DNA of 64,000 nt, from contig CAZXEC010000001.1 of assembly GCA_964639595.1 (NCBI GenBank), positions 390,903 to 454,902 on the forward strand. The letters run 5' to 3'. Below are positions 37,489-46,932 of the stretch, one piece after another. The position numbers and the translations under genes were made by a program. Within the stretch, counting starts at the first letter, position 1, and each line of letters begins with the position of its first letter. The stretch is from an uncultured Gammaproteobacteria bacterium (GTDB lineage Bacteria > Patescibacteriota > Microgenomatia > CAZXEC01). The notes under the pieces are model-generated. The model saw only the letters and a program-made list of their open reading frames with translations, was not told the origin of the DNA and ran no database searches.

Positions 37489-38495
37489 AAAATATTAACG
37501 ACAAAAATATTTGGGAGAATTTCATCAGTCAATACCCGGAGGCTAATTTTTTACAATCCTGGAGTTGGGGAGAATTTCATCAAAACCTGGGAGCTACCAT
37601 TTTTAGAACCGGTTTTTTCCAAGACGAAAAATTAGCTGGAGTGATGCTATCAATAGTAGAAAAGGCAAAGCGAGGCCGCTACTTAACAGTTCCCGGCGGT
37701 CCTATTCTTAATTGGGATAATCAAGAGTTGGTAGACCATTTTGTACAACAACTTAAAAAATTAGCCCAAATCCAAAAATGTGTTTTTGTTCGCGTCCGGC
37801 CGCAACTTATAGCCAATACTTTTGCTAAAGAATTGTTTTCTTCTCATGGTTTTATCAATTCTCCAATGCACCTACATGCGGAACTGACTGTCCAATTAAA
37901 TCTCACCCAATCAGAAGGGGAATTATTGAAGCAGATGAGAAAAAACACCCGTTACGAAATTAAAAAAGCCGAATCTATAGGAATTGAAATAACTACCAGT
38001 CAAAAACCCGATTCGATTAAAGATTTTTACAATCTACAAATTATTACTGCCAAAAGACATCATTTTGTACCATTTTCTTTTGGTTTTCTACATGAACAAT
38101 TCCGTGTTTTTGCCCGGAATCAGCAAGCGCTGCTTTATCAAGCCAGCCTAAAAGGTCAGGTATTGGCGCAAGCCATGGTTATTTTCTGCGGATCGGAAGC
38201 TGTTTATCATTATGGGGCTAGCACAGAAGCAGGTCGAAAATATCCCGGTTCATATCTGATTCAGTGGGAGGCAATTAAGGAGGCTAAAAAAAGAGGTATA
38301 AGACGATACAATTTATGGGGGGTATCTCCCCTCAACCAAACAAAGCATAGATTTTATCGAATTTCTTTGTTTAAACGTGGCTTCGGTGGTGAAGAGATTG
38401 AATATCTTCATGCGCAAGACTTAGTCATCAACCGGGTCGGATACTGGGTTAACTATTTGGTAGAAACAATTAGAAAGATAATAAGGGGTCTCTAA
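37470..38495 (+). CDS. FemAB/FemX-family aminoacyl-tRNA-dependent peptidoglycan peptidyltransferase
   Basis: N-terminal NFLQSWSWGEFHQNLG and a GNAT-like duplicated fold. Adjacent to murF. Confidence 0.6.
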   Translation: MATITVKNINDKNIWENFISQYPEANFLQSWSWGEFHQNLGATIFRTGFFQDEKLAGVMLSIVEKAKRGRYLTVPGGPILNWDNQELVDHFVQQLKKLAQIQKCVFVRVRPQLIANTFAKELFSSHGFINSPMHLHAELTVQLNLTQSEGELLKQMRKNTRYEIKKAESIGIEITTSQKPDSIKDFYNLQIITAKRHHFVPFSFGFLHEQFRVFARNQQALLYQASLKGQVLAQAMVIFCGSEAVYHYGASTEAGRKYPGSYLIQWEAIKEAKKRGIRRYNLWGVSPLNQTKHRFYRISLFKRGFGGEEIEYLHAQDLVINRVGYWVNYLVETIRKIIRGL

Positions 38496-38513
38496 TTACA
38501 ATTGTGGTAAATC

Positions 38514-38912
38514 TTAACTGGTTTTTGGCAACAGCTCTTCTTTTTTGAGGTTGTCGCCGGCAGAATGAATAGTCACACTGCCGATGTATGGCATAAGAAA
38601 ACCTGTGATATTGCCTTGGGCGTCTCTGGAAAAACTATGATGAAAGTCCAGATTAGTGCCAGTTATAGTCAAATCCTTATCAGCTTCTTTCTCTTGCCAA
38701 AGTCGCCAGCCCTCTGGTGTTCTTCTAGCAATCCAGCCTAAATAAATGGACAAGAACCCCTTTTCTCCCGGACTTTTTTGATCTTTGGCTATTTCTACAT
38801 TAACAATAGGACCCCGAAAGATCTCTCCTGCCTCATGCTGTTCCAGATCCCGGCCCACCAGGCCTCGCAGCTCTTCTGTGATATTGGCCCTGTTCTCTAT
38901 TGTTGGATCCAT
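38514..38912 (-). CDS. Hypothetical protein
   Basis: ORF only; no recognisable motif. Confidence 0.3.
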   Translation of the reverse strand: MDPTIENRANITEELRGLVGRDLEQHEAGEIFRGPIVNVEIAKDQKSPGEKGFLSIYLGWIARRTPEGWRLWQEKEADKDLTITGTNLDFHHSFSRDAQGNITGFLMPYIGSVTIHSAGDNLKKEELLPKTS

Positions 38913-38952
38913 CAGACTTGATGATAGCTTCGCTGGTGCGCCTGTGTCAAAT

Positions 38953-38981
38953 TTTGCCTTTGCTTAAGCTTTAGGTATAAT
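38953..38981 (+). promoter_or_regulatory. Sigma70-like promoter (TTTGCC-N17-TATAAT) ending 8 nt before the dgkA ATG; leaderless-type
   Basis: TATAAT at 38976-38981; ATG at 38990. Confidence 0.4.
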
Positions 38982-38989
38982 ATAAATAC

Positions 38990-39376
38990 ATGATCAGGCG
39001 CGTGTTCCATCGGGTGCGCCGGCATACCATTTCTTTCCAAAATGCCTTCTCAGGCTTGTGGTATGCCTATTCCACCCAGCCTAATTTTGCTGTTCATACT
39101 ATCGTGGCGATACTGGCGATTTTTTTGGGCTGGCGGTTGGCAATTGGTGAAACCGAGTGGTTGATTTTGACTTTTACCATAGTTTTAGTATTTGTGGCAG
39201 AAATGATCAATACTGCCCTGGAGTCAATCTGTGATCTGGTAACCCAGGAATGGCGGCAAAGCGCCAAAATTGCCAAAGATATATCAGCAGCCATGGTGCT
39301 GGTTGTTGCCATTGGCGCAGTCGTTGTGGGACTGGTTATTTTCGGAAAATATATAATGCTAATTCTTAATTCATAA
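38990..39376 (+). CDS. dgkA: Diacylglycerol/undecaprenol kinase DgkA
   Basis: Aligns with E. coli DgkA (EMINTALESICDLV, AKDISAAMVLVVAIGAVVVG). Three TM helices. Confidence 0.75.
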   Translation: MIRRVFHRVRRHTISFQNAFSGLWYAYSTQPNFAVHTIVAILAIFLGWRLAIGETEWLILTFTIVLVFVAEMINTALESICDLVTQEWRQSAKIAKDISAAMVLVVAIGAVVVGLVIFGKYIMLILNS

Positions 39377-39398
39377 TTCTGGATTCTTAATTATAAAT

Positions 39399-40436
39399 AT
39401 GTTCGAACTTTTAAGCGTGGTTATTTTATCATTTGTTATTACTTCAATCTTGATTGTTCCCTATATTAATTTACTTTATAAATGGAAATTCCAAAGACGG
39501 GCCCAGACAACCTTGGATGTTTTCGAAAATCCCACGCCGATTTTTGACCGTCTGCATGCCTGGAAAAAAGGCACGCCGGTGGGTGGCGGATTGGTGGTAA
39601 TTTTGGTGGTGTCACTCTTGTCAGTCTTTAGTTTGCTACTTTTACAATCCCAGGAAAATCTGATCACTTCCCTGTATCCGTTTTGGAAAGAAACTTTATT
39701 ACTATTTTTTACCTTTATCTCATTTGGACTGTTGGGCCTTTATGATGATTTGATAAAAACTTTCGGTTTTACCAGGACCATGTTTTGGGGTTTGAGAATG
39801 CGTCATAAGCTAATTCTTCAAGTGGTCTTGGCGGTGTTTATTGCTTGGCTGTTGTATGCCGGGCTGGGGATAAATTTAGTGAATGTTCCCGGCTTTGGCC
39901 CGGTGGTATTGGGCCTCTGGTATATTCCCTTGGCTGCCTTTATCATTATTGCTTTTGCCAATGCTTTTAATATTACCGATGGTCTGGATGGGCTGGCTGC
40001 CGGCCTGTTGCTGATTTGTCTGGTGGTATTGCTGATTTTATCAAATACGGTTCTGGATACTGTGCTGTCTATTTTTATCGGAGCTTGGTTGGGATCTCTG
40101 GTGGCGTTTTTATATTTTAATGTCTACCCGGCCAGAATTTGGATGGGTGATGTGGGAGCGATGGCCTTCGGCGCCACCCTGGGGTTATTGGGCCTGCTGT
40201 TGGGTAAAGTTATTGCTTTGGCGGTGGTTGGCGGAGTTTTTATTGTTGAGGTTGGTTCATCTCTATTGCAGCTTTTGTCTAAAAAATTTCTTGGCAAGAA
40301 ACTTTTTCCGGTGGCTCCGGTTCACATCCTGTTCCAAAACATGGGTTGGGAAGAGCCCAAAGTGGTCGCCAGATTTTGGCTGGCAGGCTGCATGTTTGCT
40401 ATTTTGGGATTATGGCTGACGCTGTTGAAAGGATAA
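39399..40436 (+). CDS. mraY: Phospho-N-acetylmuramoyl-pentapeptide transferase MraY
   Basis: NAFNITDGLDGLAAG and typical 10-TM topology. Confidence 0.9.
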   Translation: MFELLSVVILSFVITSILIVPYINLLYKWKFQRRAQTTLDVFENPTPIFDRLHAWKKGTPVGGGLVVILVVSLLSVFSLLLLQSQENLITSLYPFWKETLLLFFTFISFGLLGLYDDLIKTFGFTRTMFWGLRMRHKLILQVVLAVFIAWLLYAGLGINLVNVPGFGPVVLGLWYIPLAAFIIIAFANAFNITDGLDGLAAGLLLICLVVLLILSNTVLDTVLSIFIGAWLGSLVAFLYFNVYPARIWMGDVGAMAFGATLGLLGLLLGKVIALAVVGGVFIVEVGSSLLQLLSKKFLGKKLFPVAPVHILFQNMGWEEPKVVARFWLAGCMFAILGLWLTLLKG

Positions 40437-41816
40437 ATGGGCTTTGCTGGTAAAAAAGTAGCAGTTTTAGGTTTAGGAATAGAAGGCCTTTCCACTGTGG
40501 AGTGGCTGCAAAAACAGGGAGCTGATATCACAATACTTGATCAGAAGACAGAAGATCAATTAGCAGGAAATGTGGGGGAAAAAATAACCAGTTGGAAGTT
40601 AGAGCCTATTCTGGGACCTAAGTATTTAGATAGTTTAGACCAATTTGATGTGATTGTCAGGTCCCCCGGCATCAGACCGGATTTGCCACCTCTTTTGGCA
40701 GCAGCCAAAAAAGGAGTAAAGATCACCTCTCAAACAAAATTATTTTTCGATTTATGTCAGGCACCGATTATTGGGGTGACAGGTACCAAAGGTAAGGGCA
40801 CCACGGCCACTTTAATTTACGAAATATTAAAAGCCGTCGGTAAAAAAGTTTTTTTAGGCGGAAATATTGGCCGGCCGCCGCTGGATTTTTTGGATGATGT
40901 GACAGGAGATTCCTGGGTGATTCTGGAATTATCCAGTTTTCAGCTGATGGATCTGACCAAAAGCCCCCATATAGGGGTGGTGCTAATGGTGACTAGCGAA
41001 CACTTAGACTGGCATAAGAATACTCAAGAATATTTATCGGCCAAAGAGCCAGTTGTTTCCTACCAGACAAATAACGACTTTGCGGTAATTGCCCAGGATT
41101 ATCCCAACAGTATGTATTATGCTTCCCAAACCAGAGGACAAGTTTTTATCTTTTCCCGCCTTGCCAAAGTTGACCATGGAGTATGGGTAGAAAAAGACAG
41201 TTTTTGGTACAGTGATGGTGATATTAAGCAAAAAATCATGCCGATTGGCGGCGTGGCATTACCGGGCCGACATAATTGGGATAATGTGGCAGCCGCCATT
41301 TGCGTGGCTAAGATTTTATCGATTGACAATAAAGTAATTGGTCGGGCCATTGCCAATTTTAAGGGCTTGGAGCATCGGCTGGAAAAAGTGGCAGAGGTCG
41401 CCGGCGTTACTTATTATAATGATTCTTTTTCCACCACTCCGGAAACTACCATTGCCGCCATTGCCGCTTTTGATCGGCCGGAGATTCTCATTTTAGGCGG
41501 CTCATCCAAAGGATCAGATTTTAGAAAATTAGGTCAGGTTATCAAAAACAGTCAGAACGTCAAAGCCATCATCGGCATAGGAGTGGAATGGCCCACAATT
41601 AAAAAAGCAGTCAGCAGTCAGCTACCAGCTATCAGCTTTATTGAAGATTGCAAAGATATGAAGCAAGTAGTCCAGGCCGCCTCTAAAATTGCTCAACCTG
41701 GCGACGTGGTGTTGCTGTCTCCGGCTTGCGCCAGTTTTGACATGTTCAAAAACTATAAAATTAGGGGTGAACAATTCAAAGAAGAAGTTTTATCATTGAA
41801 GAAGATAAAATCATAG
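40437..41816 (+). CDS. murD: UDP-N-acetylmuramoylalanine--D-glutamate ligase MurD
   Basis: VAVLGLGIEGLS (domain 1) and GVTGTKGKGTT (P-loop). Confidence 0.85.
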   Translation: MGFAGKKVAVLGLGIEGLSTVEWLQKQGADITILDQKTEDQLAGNVGEKITSWKLEPILGPKYLDSLDQFDVIVRSPGIRPDLPPLLAAAKKGVKITSQTKLFFDLCQAPIIGVTGTKGKGTTATLIYEILKAVGKKVFLGGNIGRPPLDFLDDVTGDSWVILELSSFQLMDLTKSPHIGVVLMVTSEHLDWHKNTQEYLSAKEPVVSYQTNNDFAVIAQDYPNSMYYASQTRGQVFIFSRLAKVDHGVWVEKDSFWYSDGDIKQKIMPIGGVALPGRHNWDNVAAAICVAKILSIDNKVIGRAIANFKGLEHRLEKVAEVAGVTYYNDSFSTTPETTIAAIAAFDRPEILILGGSSKGSDFRKLGQVIKNSQNVKAIIGIGVEWPTIKKAVSSQLPAISFIEDCKDMKQVVQAASKIAQPGDVVLLSPACASFDMFKNYKIRGEQFKEEVLSLKKIKS

Positions 41817-41825
41817 ATTAAATAT

Positions 41826-43313
41826 ATGGATCAAATAAAAACTGAAACAACAGAAGTGCAACAGCCAACAGTCGAAGCTTCAAAAGCCTCTGTTGTCGGT
41901 ATTGGTGAGCAGTTTTTGAAAGACCTGCAGGAAAAAGGCTTAGCCTTGCAAACTCCCCTTGAAGTAGTGGGGGAGATTGCTAAGGATTATGCTACTAATG
42001 AGACCGGATCTCCTTCGCTGTTTGAAAAAATCCAGAGCCAAAAAGAAGCGCCTGATGGTTATCTGGTAGGTATTGGCGCCGGCAATGTTTTTTCTATGCT
42101 GGAAGCTTTTCCTGAAGGTCAATTACCCAAGGCCATCTTGCTATTTGATATAAATTATGAGGCAGTCGCGTCCGGTCAGGCATTAATTGAGAAATTAAAG
42201 CGCGGTGAGCCATGTCCTTATACTTCAGCAGTAACTTATACCAATATTGATAAGAATGTTTTTACCGAAGATCTCCCTGCCAATATTAAATTCGCCTGGA
42301 TAAAATATTGGCCTACTCTTACCAAACTTGCTCAAGCAGGAAACCTAGCGATTGCTCAAGTAGATTTTGCCAATCCGGAACTGATGAATCTATTGGCAAA
42401 CCTGCCGCAATTTAAAGATTCCAACAATGTTGTCTATCTTTCCAATATTGCGGATCATATTTGGAGAAGAAAGCCGGTTGTTGTACCTGATCTTGGCTTC
42501 TTAAGGATACTAACGCCTGATTTTCCCCATAACAACTATTATATTGATACTTTACTCTCCAGCCTAGATTATCGCTTAAGAGCCAGTACCCATCCTCCAG
42601 AATTTTCCCGGACTGATTTTTCCGACTTTTTCCAGCCGGTCAGGTTCCAAACCAGGCCGATTGATGAAGTTGATGGCCCTGTTCAAGAAAATCCACTGCG
42701 GGACGATTTACAGTCGTGGACCCTTGAGCATTTGGTTGGTTCGTATACCAGCTTAGATAATTCTAAACGGCACCAAGCGAGGAAGGAATTTATCGGCCGT
42801 CGTATTAGTGAAATGAGGAACAACACCAGAGACACATATGATGAATACAAAAAGCGTCCGCAGTCGGGAAAAGTAACAGATAACATTGAAATAAAATATC
42901 AGTTCCCTGCGGGTCCCGAGGAAGAAGCAAAACTTTTAGAGGAGCTAAGGCAGCCTTACAATTATGATTGCGATTTCATCCCATTTTTAGCAAACTATTT
43001 TTGGGCCAATGCCCAAAGTCCCGAAGAATTTATGATAGAAAAATTACCAGAAGTTTTCTTTAAAGATAGCGCCAGCGGTGCCAGCTATTATATTTACGAT
43101 CCCAGAGCTAGTCAAAAAGGCCGGGTGGAGATAGGTTTGCTTAGAAGCGGTATATATTATGAACAGTTGGCGATGGCCAAAATTTATCAGGAGGTCAAAA
43201 AAAGAGTACTGCAAAAAAATCCCGATATTGATGTATCCGGGAAAACTTTTCCGGAACTGGTTGACCGGCTGCAATTTGGCCGACCGGCCAAAGCTGGGGC
43301 ATCTATGCTATGA
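41826..43313 (+). CDS. Hypothetical 495-aa soluble protein inserted between murD and ftsW; weak Rossmann/SAM-MTase-like N-terminal motif
   Basis: The GYLVGIGAGNVFSML...ILLFDINYEAV pattern resembles MTase motifs I/II. The remainder is unrecognised. Confidence 0.35.
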   Translation: MDQIKTETTEVQQPTVEASKASVVGIGEQFLKDLQEKGLALQTPLEVVGEIAKDYATNETGSPSLFEKIQSQKEAPDGYLVGIGAGNVFSMLEAFPEGQLPKAILLFDINYEAVASGQALIEKLKRGEPCPYTSAVTYTNIDKNVFTEDLPANIKFAWIKYWPTLTKLAQAGNLAIAQVDFANPELMNLLANLPQFKDSNNVVYLSNIADHIWRRKPVVVPDLGFLRILTPDFPHNNYYIDTLLSSLDYRLRASTHPPEFSRTDFSDFFQPVRFQTRPIDEVDGPVQENPLRDDLQSWTLEHLVGSYTSLDNSKRHQARKEFIGRRISEMRNNTRDTYDEYKKRPQSGKVTDNIEIKYQFPAGPEEEAKLLEELRQPYNYDCDFIPFLANYFWANAQSPEEFMIEKLPEVFFKDSASGASYYIYDPRASQKGRVEIGLLRSGIYYEQLAMAKIYQEVKKRVLQKNPDIDVSGKTFPELVDRLQFGRPAKAGASML

Positions 43314-43369
43314 AGACAAGGAAAGAGATTACTTCTAATTTTGTTGTTTACGCATTCCTTATTTTATTC

Positions 43370-43398
43370 TTGCTCAATTTTAACCATAGTACTATAAT
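43370..43398 (+). promoter_or_regulatory. Sigma70-like promoter (TTGCTC-N17-TATAAT) with the ATG 6 nt downstream; predicted leaderless
   Basis: TATAAT at 43393-43398; ATG at 43405. Confidence 0.4.
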
Positions 43399-43404
43399 AT
43401 TGTA

Positions 43405-43791
43405 ATGAGTAAGAAGTCATCTAGCTCATGTTGTTTAGATGTTATTGATTACAATAAGAATAGGATTATATTTCATGAAAAACGCCGTAAGGAAAAAGCG
43501 AATACACACGTAGATTTAGATGATTTAAGTCCGAATGGATTTGTTAAGAAAAGCATACCAGAAGCATTGGTAGATCCAGATGTAATTTGGGAAGACTTGA
43601 CAAACCCCAAGATAAGGAATTATTATAAACTTAACTATTATCAAAAAACAAGATTCTCCAGGTTTAATTTATATACGAAAGTAGTTGTTGGAACATGGGA
43701 CAAACCATGGTTTATATTAACTGCATACCAACCTCAAAACATAAAAGAAGAGAAGGGAGATACTAAAAAATGTCTATACCAAAAGCAATAA
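43405..43791 (+). CDS. Hypothetical small protein in low-GC islet (ends ...WFILTAYQP, reminiscent of small toxin-like families)
   Basis: GC about 30% against ~43% background. It overlaps the next ORF by 22 nt. Confidence 0.35.
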   Translation: MSKKSSSSCCLDVIDYNKNRIIFHEKRRKEKANTHVDLDDLSPNGFVKKSIPEALVDPDVIWEDLTNPKIRNYYKLNYYQKTRFSRFNLYTKVVVGTWDKPWFILTAYQPQNIKEEKGDTKKCLYQKQ

Positions 43792-44213
43792 ACATTATTC
43801 AAAAACTTAATCCTAAAAAACTTAGGGAGAGTATCTATAGGCTTCCAAATATAGCTAGGGAAGAAAAGTGGAGATTATCATATGATAAGTTGATAGATGC
43901 TTTATATTTCACTCCTTCTATTGTTGCCCGAGACGCTGTGTTATTCAATGTAACCAATGAATTTGCTATTTATGTTAATAAAAATTCTAAAATTGAAGGA
44001 TTATTCATTGAAAATTTTAAGGCAAACTTTGTCCGACATAATGCTTCCTTTGAAGAACTACTTGAGGTATTAAACAAAAATATTGATGATATTTATGTTG
44101 CAAGAGATAAAAATAGATCAGAGTTATATGAAAAAGCATTAGAAGCGAATTTTCTAGAACTTATAAATAACAACAATAATTTGTTAACAGGAGCTAAATT
44201 TTTGAGCACATGA
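43770..44213 (+). CDS. Hypothetical protein in low-GC islet
   Basis: Overlapping (coupled) with the upstream ORF; no motif recognised. Confidence 0.35.
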   Translation: MSIPKAINIIQKLNPKKLRESIYRLPNIAREEKWRLSYDKLIDALYFTPSIVARDAVLFNVTNEFAIYVNKNSKIEGLFIENFKANFVRHNASFEELLEVLNKNIDDIYVARDKNRSELYEKALEANFLELINNNNNLLTGAKFLST

Positions 44214-44310
44214 AGACATTCTCTCAATTGAGGAAAAAAGATAACGGATGGAAAGCCTGATTTGAAAAAGGTAGTTGTGATGGTTCTAAAAGGGGTTTAC
44301 AATAGCTTCT

Positions 44311-44499
44311 ATGAAAGTAGATTTTGGATGGCAAATCTTTAGATTTATATTCTTCATATTTTGCTTATTTTTAGGCTATCTGCTTTTAAGAACCTATCAC
44401 GATTCAGGATCTCAAACTGTTATCACTATAGTTTTTGCCTTTGCTTGGCTATATTTCTGGTTAAAAGCCTTCCAGTACATTTCCTACAAAAATCCTTAG
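44311..44499 (+). CDS. Hypothetical small two-TM membrane protein
   Basis: 62 aa with two hydrophobic helices; located in the low-GC islet. Confidence 0.25.
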   Translation: MKVDFGWQIFRFIFFIFCLFLGYLLLRTYHDSGSQTVITIVFAFAWLYFWLKAFQYISYKNP

Positions 44500-44534
44500 T
44501 CGCCACTTTTCCTAAACTTTTTCATTTCTAGCTC

Positions 44535-44563
44535 TTGACAAGGTTTTTAGTCAGTGATATATA
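44535..44563 (+). promoter_or_regulatory. Sigma70-like promoter TTGACA-N17-TATATA
   Basis: TTGACA at 44535-44540 and TATATA at 44558-44563. It is followed within ~40 nt by a terminator hairpin. Confidence 0.4.
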
Positions 44564-44600
44564 AATATTCGACCAAAGCTGGGCAACCAACTTTGAGTCA

Positions 44601-44640
44601 AGAAGCCCATGCGCCTCTAAGGAGTGTGGGCTTCTTTTTT
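44601..44640 (+). terminator. Rho-independent terminator-like hairpin plus T-tract
   Basis: Stem AGAAGCCCA (44601-09) pairs with TGGGCTTCT (44627-35), followed by TTTTTT (44635-40). Confidence 0.45.
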
Positions 44641-44690
44641 GCCTCAAATCCCTAGATTTTAGTATAATAGTTTGGTTCAACAAACCAGCT

Positions 44691-45806
44691 ATGCAATTTT
44701 CCAGACGCAAAAGCCCAAAGTCAGAGCCCAAATTTGCCAAGTCCGCTGACAGCTGGCTGATTGCCTCGGCCTTGGTTTTGACAATATTCGGTCTGGTGAT
44801 GATTTATGACTCTTCTGTGGTGGCGGCACAACGGGATTTTGGCGACCAATACTGGTATGTTAAAAATCAGGCAATTTGGAGTGTGCTGGGAGCCTTGGCT
44901 TTAATTTTAGGTGCTAAAATAGATTATCATCTGTGGAGGAGATGGGCCCTGCCGATTGTGGGTCTGGCCCTGGTGTTACTTTTGGCAGTCCTTATCCCTA
45001 GTCTGTCTTATAGCGCTTATGGCGCTTCCAGGTGGTTAGATTTAGGCGTGGTAAAGTTCCAGCCTTCAGAACTTATTAAAATTGCCTCTATTTTTTACCT
45101 GGCGGCAATATTTGAAAAACGGACCCGCGTTGGCCCATTTATGCTGCTTATTATTTTAGTTACTTTTGTTACTGCCATCCTGCAAAAAGACTTGGGTACT
45201 ACTTTGATATTTTTGTCCATTGCTGCTACTGTCTATTTCATAGCTGGAGCTCCATTATGGCATTTTGCTGTTATGATTCCTTTTGCTCTGGTGACAATTT
45301 TTGGTTTGATAAAATTATTCCCGCATCGTTTGTTGCGCATCACTACTTTTTTTAACAGTTCATCTGATCCTCAAGGGGCCTCATATCACATCAATCAGAT
45401 TTTGATCGCTTTGGGTAGTGGTGGTATATTCGGACTAGGGTTAGGGCAGTCCAGGCAGAAGTTTGGTTATTTACCGGAAGCAACCACTGACTCTATTTTT
45501 GCCATTGTGGCAGAAGAGCTGGGATTTGTTGGCGCCTCGCTGATAATTGGCGTATTATTATTTTTGATTTTTAGAGGATTTATTATAGTCATGAGCGCTC
45601 CAGATAGGTTTGGCAGGTTATTAGGGGCAGGAATAATCAGCTTAATTGGTTTTCAAACCATGATAAATTTATCATCGATGGTGGCACTGGTTCCTCTAAC
45701 CGGGGTGCCTCTGCCATTTATATCATACGGGGGATCAGCTTTGGTTGTTAACCTGGCTGCAGTCGGGATACTGGCTAATATCTCCAAGCAGAAAGAAATT
45801 TCATGA
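44691..45806 (+). CDS. ftsW: SEDS peptidoglycan polymerase/lipid II flippase FtsW
   Basis: Typical SEDS topology and motifs; located between murD and murG. Confidence 0.85.
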   Translation: MQFSRRKSPKSEPKFAKSADSWLIASALVLTIFGLVMIYDSSVVAAQRDFGDQYWYVKNQAIWSVLGALALILGAKIDYHLWRRWALPIVGLALVLLLAVLIPSLSYSAYGASRWLDLGVVKFQPSELIKIASIFYLAAIFEKRTRVGPFMLLIILVTFVTAILQKDLGTTLIFLSIAATVYFIAGAPLWHFAVMIPFALVTIFGLIKLFPHRLLRITTFFNSSSDPQGASYHINQILIALGSGGIFGLGLGQSRQKFGYLPEATTDSIFAIVAEELGFVGASLIIGVLLFLIFRGFIIVMSAPDRFGRLLGAGIISLIGFQTMINLSSMVALVPLTGVPLPFISYGGSALVVNLAAVGILANISKQKEIS

Positions 45807-46930
45807 AGGTCCTTATAACAGGAGGGCATGTCACACCGGCGCAAGCTGTCATTGAACAGCTAAGAAAAAAGCAGGGCGTGGATATTGCTTATGTGGGTAG
45901 AAAGTCGACGATGGAAGGTGATGAGTCTGACAGTTATGAATATCAAGTTATCCAAAAATTAGGCATTCCATTTTTTAATTTAATCACCGGCAGACTGCAA
46001 AGAAAGCTGACACCCTATACTTTATGGTCATTGATAAAAATTCCGGTCGGCCTCATACATTCGTTGTCAATCATTATTCAGGTAAAACCAGATGTGGTCT
46101 GCGCCTTTGGCGGATATCTATCAACCCCGATCTGCTTTTGGGCCTATCTTTTTCATATCCCAATTGTTATTCATGAACAAACACAGACAGCCGGTTTTGC
46201 CAACCGGATAAATTCTTTATTCGCCGCCAAAATAGCCGTCTCTTTTACATCATCCCTGCCATATTTTGCAAAAGGCAAAACTGTCCTGACTGGAAATCCC
46301 CTAAGAAGCGCGATTTTTTCTCATCAAATTACATCACCGGAAATACAAGAATTCTCAAATAATAATTTGTCAGTTCCCAAGATCTATGTTACCGGTGGTA
46401 ATCAAGGCAGTCATATCATCAACCAGGTTATTTTTAAGTCTCTGCCAAGACTAGCGGCAGAGTTTGCCATCATCCATCAAACAGGTGACCAGAAGTCAAC
46501 CGGTGATTTTGACATGGCGCAAAACATCAGATTACATTTGCCTAGCAAACAGCAAGACCGCTACCTGCCTATTAAATTTATCTATGATGACGATATTGGC
46601 GGAGTATTAAATTTGGCTGATTTGGTTATCTGTCGCTCTGGAGCCAATACCGTGTTGGAGTTGGCGGCCTTGGGCAAAAAAGCTATTCTTGTCCCGCTTG
46701 GCATCTCGGCTCAAGGTGACCAAGCCAAAAACGCGCTGCTATTGCAAAAAATTAGCGGCGCCGAAATTATTTTGGAGAATGACTTAAACGAGAAGTTGTT
46801 AGTTAGCAAAATAACACTACTTTTAGGACAGGTAGTGGATGATTTTAAACTAAAGGCTCAACAATATATCCATCCCACTGCCGCCTCGGATCTGGCAGAG
46901 CTAGTTATCGCTCAAACTAAATTAAATTAA
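45803..46930 (+). CDS. murG: UDP-GlcNAc:MurNAc-pentapeptide GlcNAc transferase MurG
   Basis: MKVLITGGHVTPAQAV (GT28 N-terminus) and GGYLSTP... dcw context. Confidence 0.85.
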   Translation: MKVLITGGHVTPAQAVIEQLRKKQGVDIAYVGRKSTMEGDESDSYEYQVIQKLGIPFFNLITGRLQRKLTPYTLWSLIKIPVGLIHSLSIIIQVKPDVVCAFGGYLSTPICFWAYLFHIPIVIHEQTQTAGFANRINSLFAAKIAVSFTSSLPYFAKGKTVLTGNPLRSAIFSHQITSPEIQEFSNNNLSVPKIYVTGGNQGSHIINQVIFKSLPRLAAEFAIIHQTGDQKSTGDFDMAQNIRLHLPSKQQDRYLPIKFIYDDDIGGVLNLADLVICRSGANTVLELAALGKKAILVPLGISAQGDQAKNALLLQKISGAEIILENDLNEKLLVSKITLLLGQVVDDFKLKAQQYIHPTAASDLAELVIAQTKLN

Positions 46931-46932
46931 CC

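Noticed and set aside
40120-40419. 99-aa + strand ORF (W/C-rich)
   Set aside because: Alternate frame inside mraY; the product is implausible.
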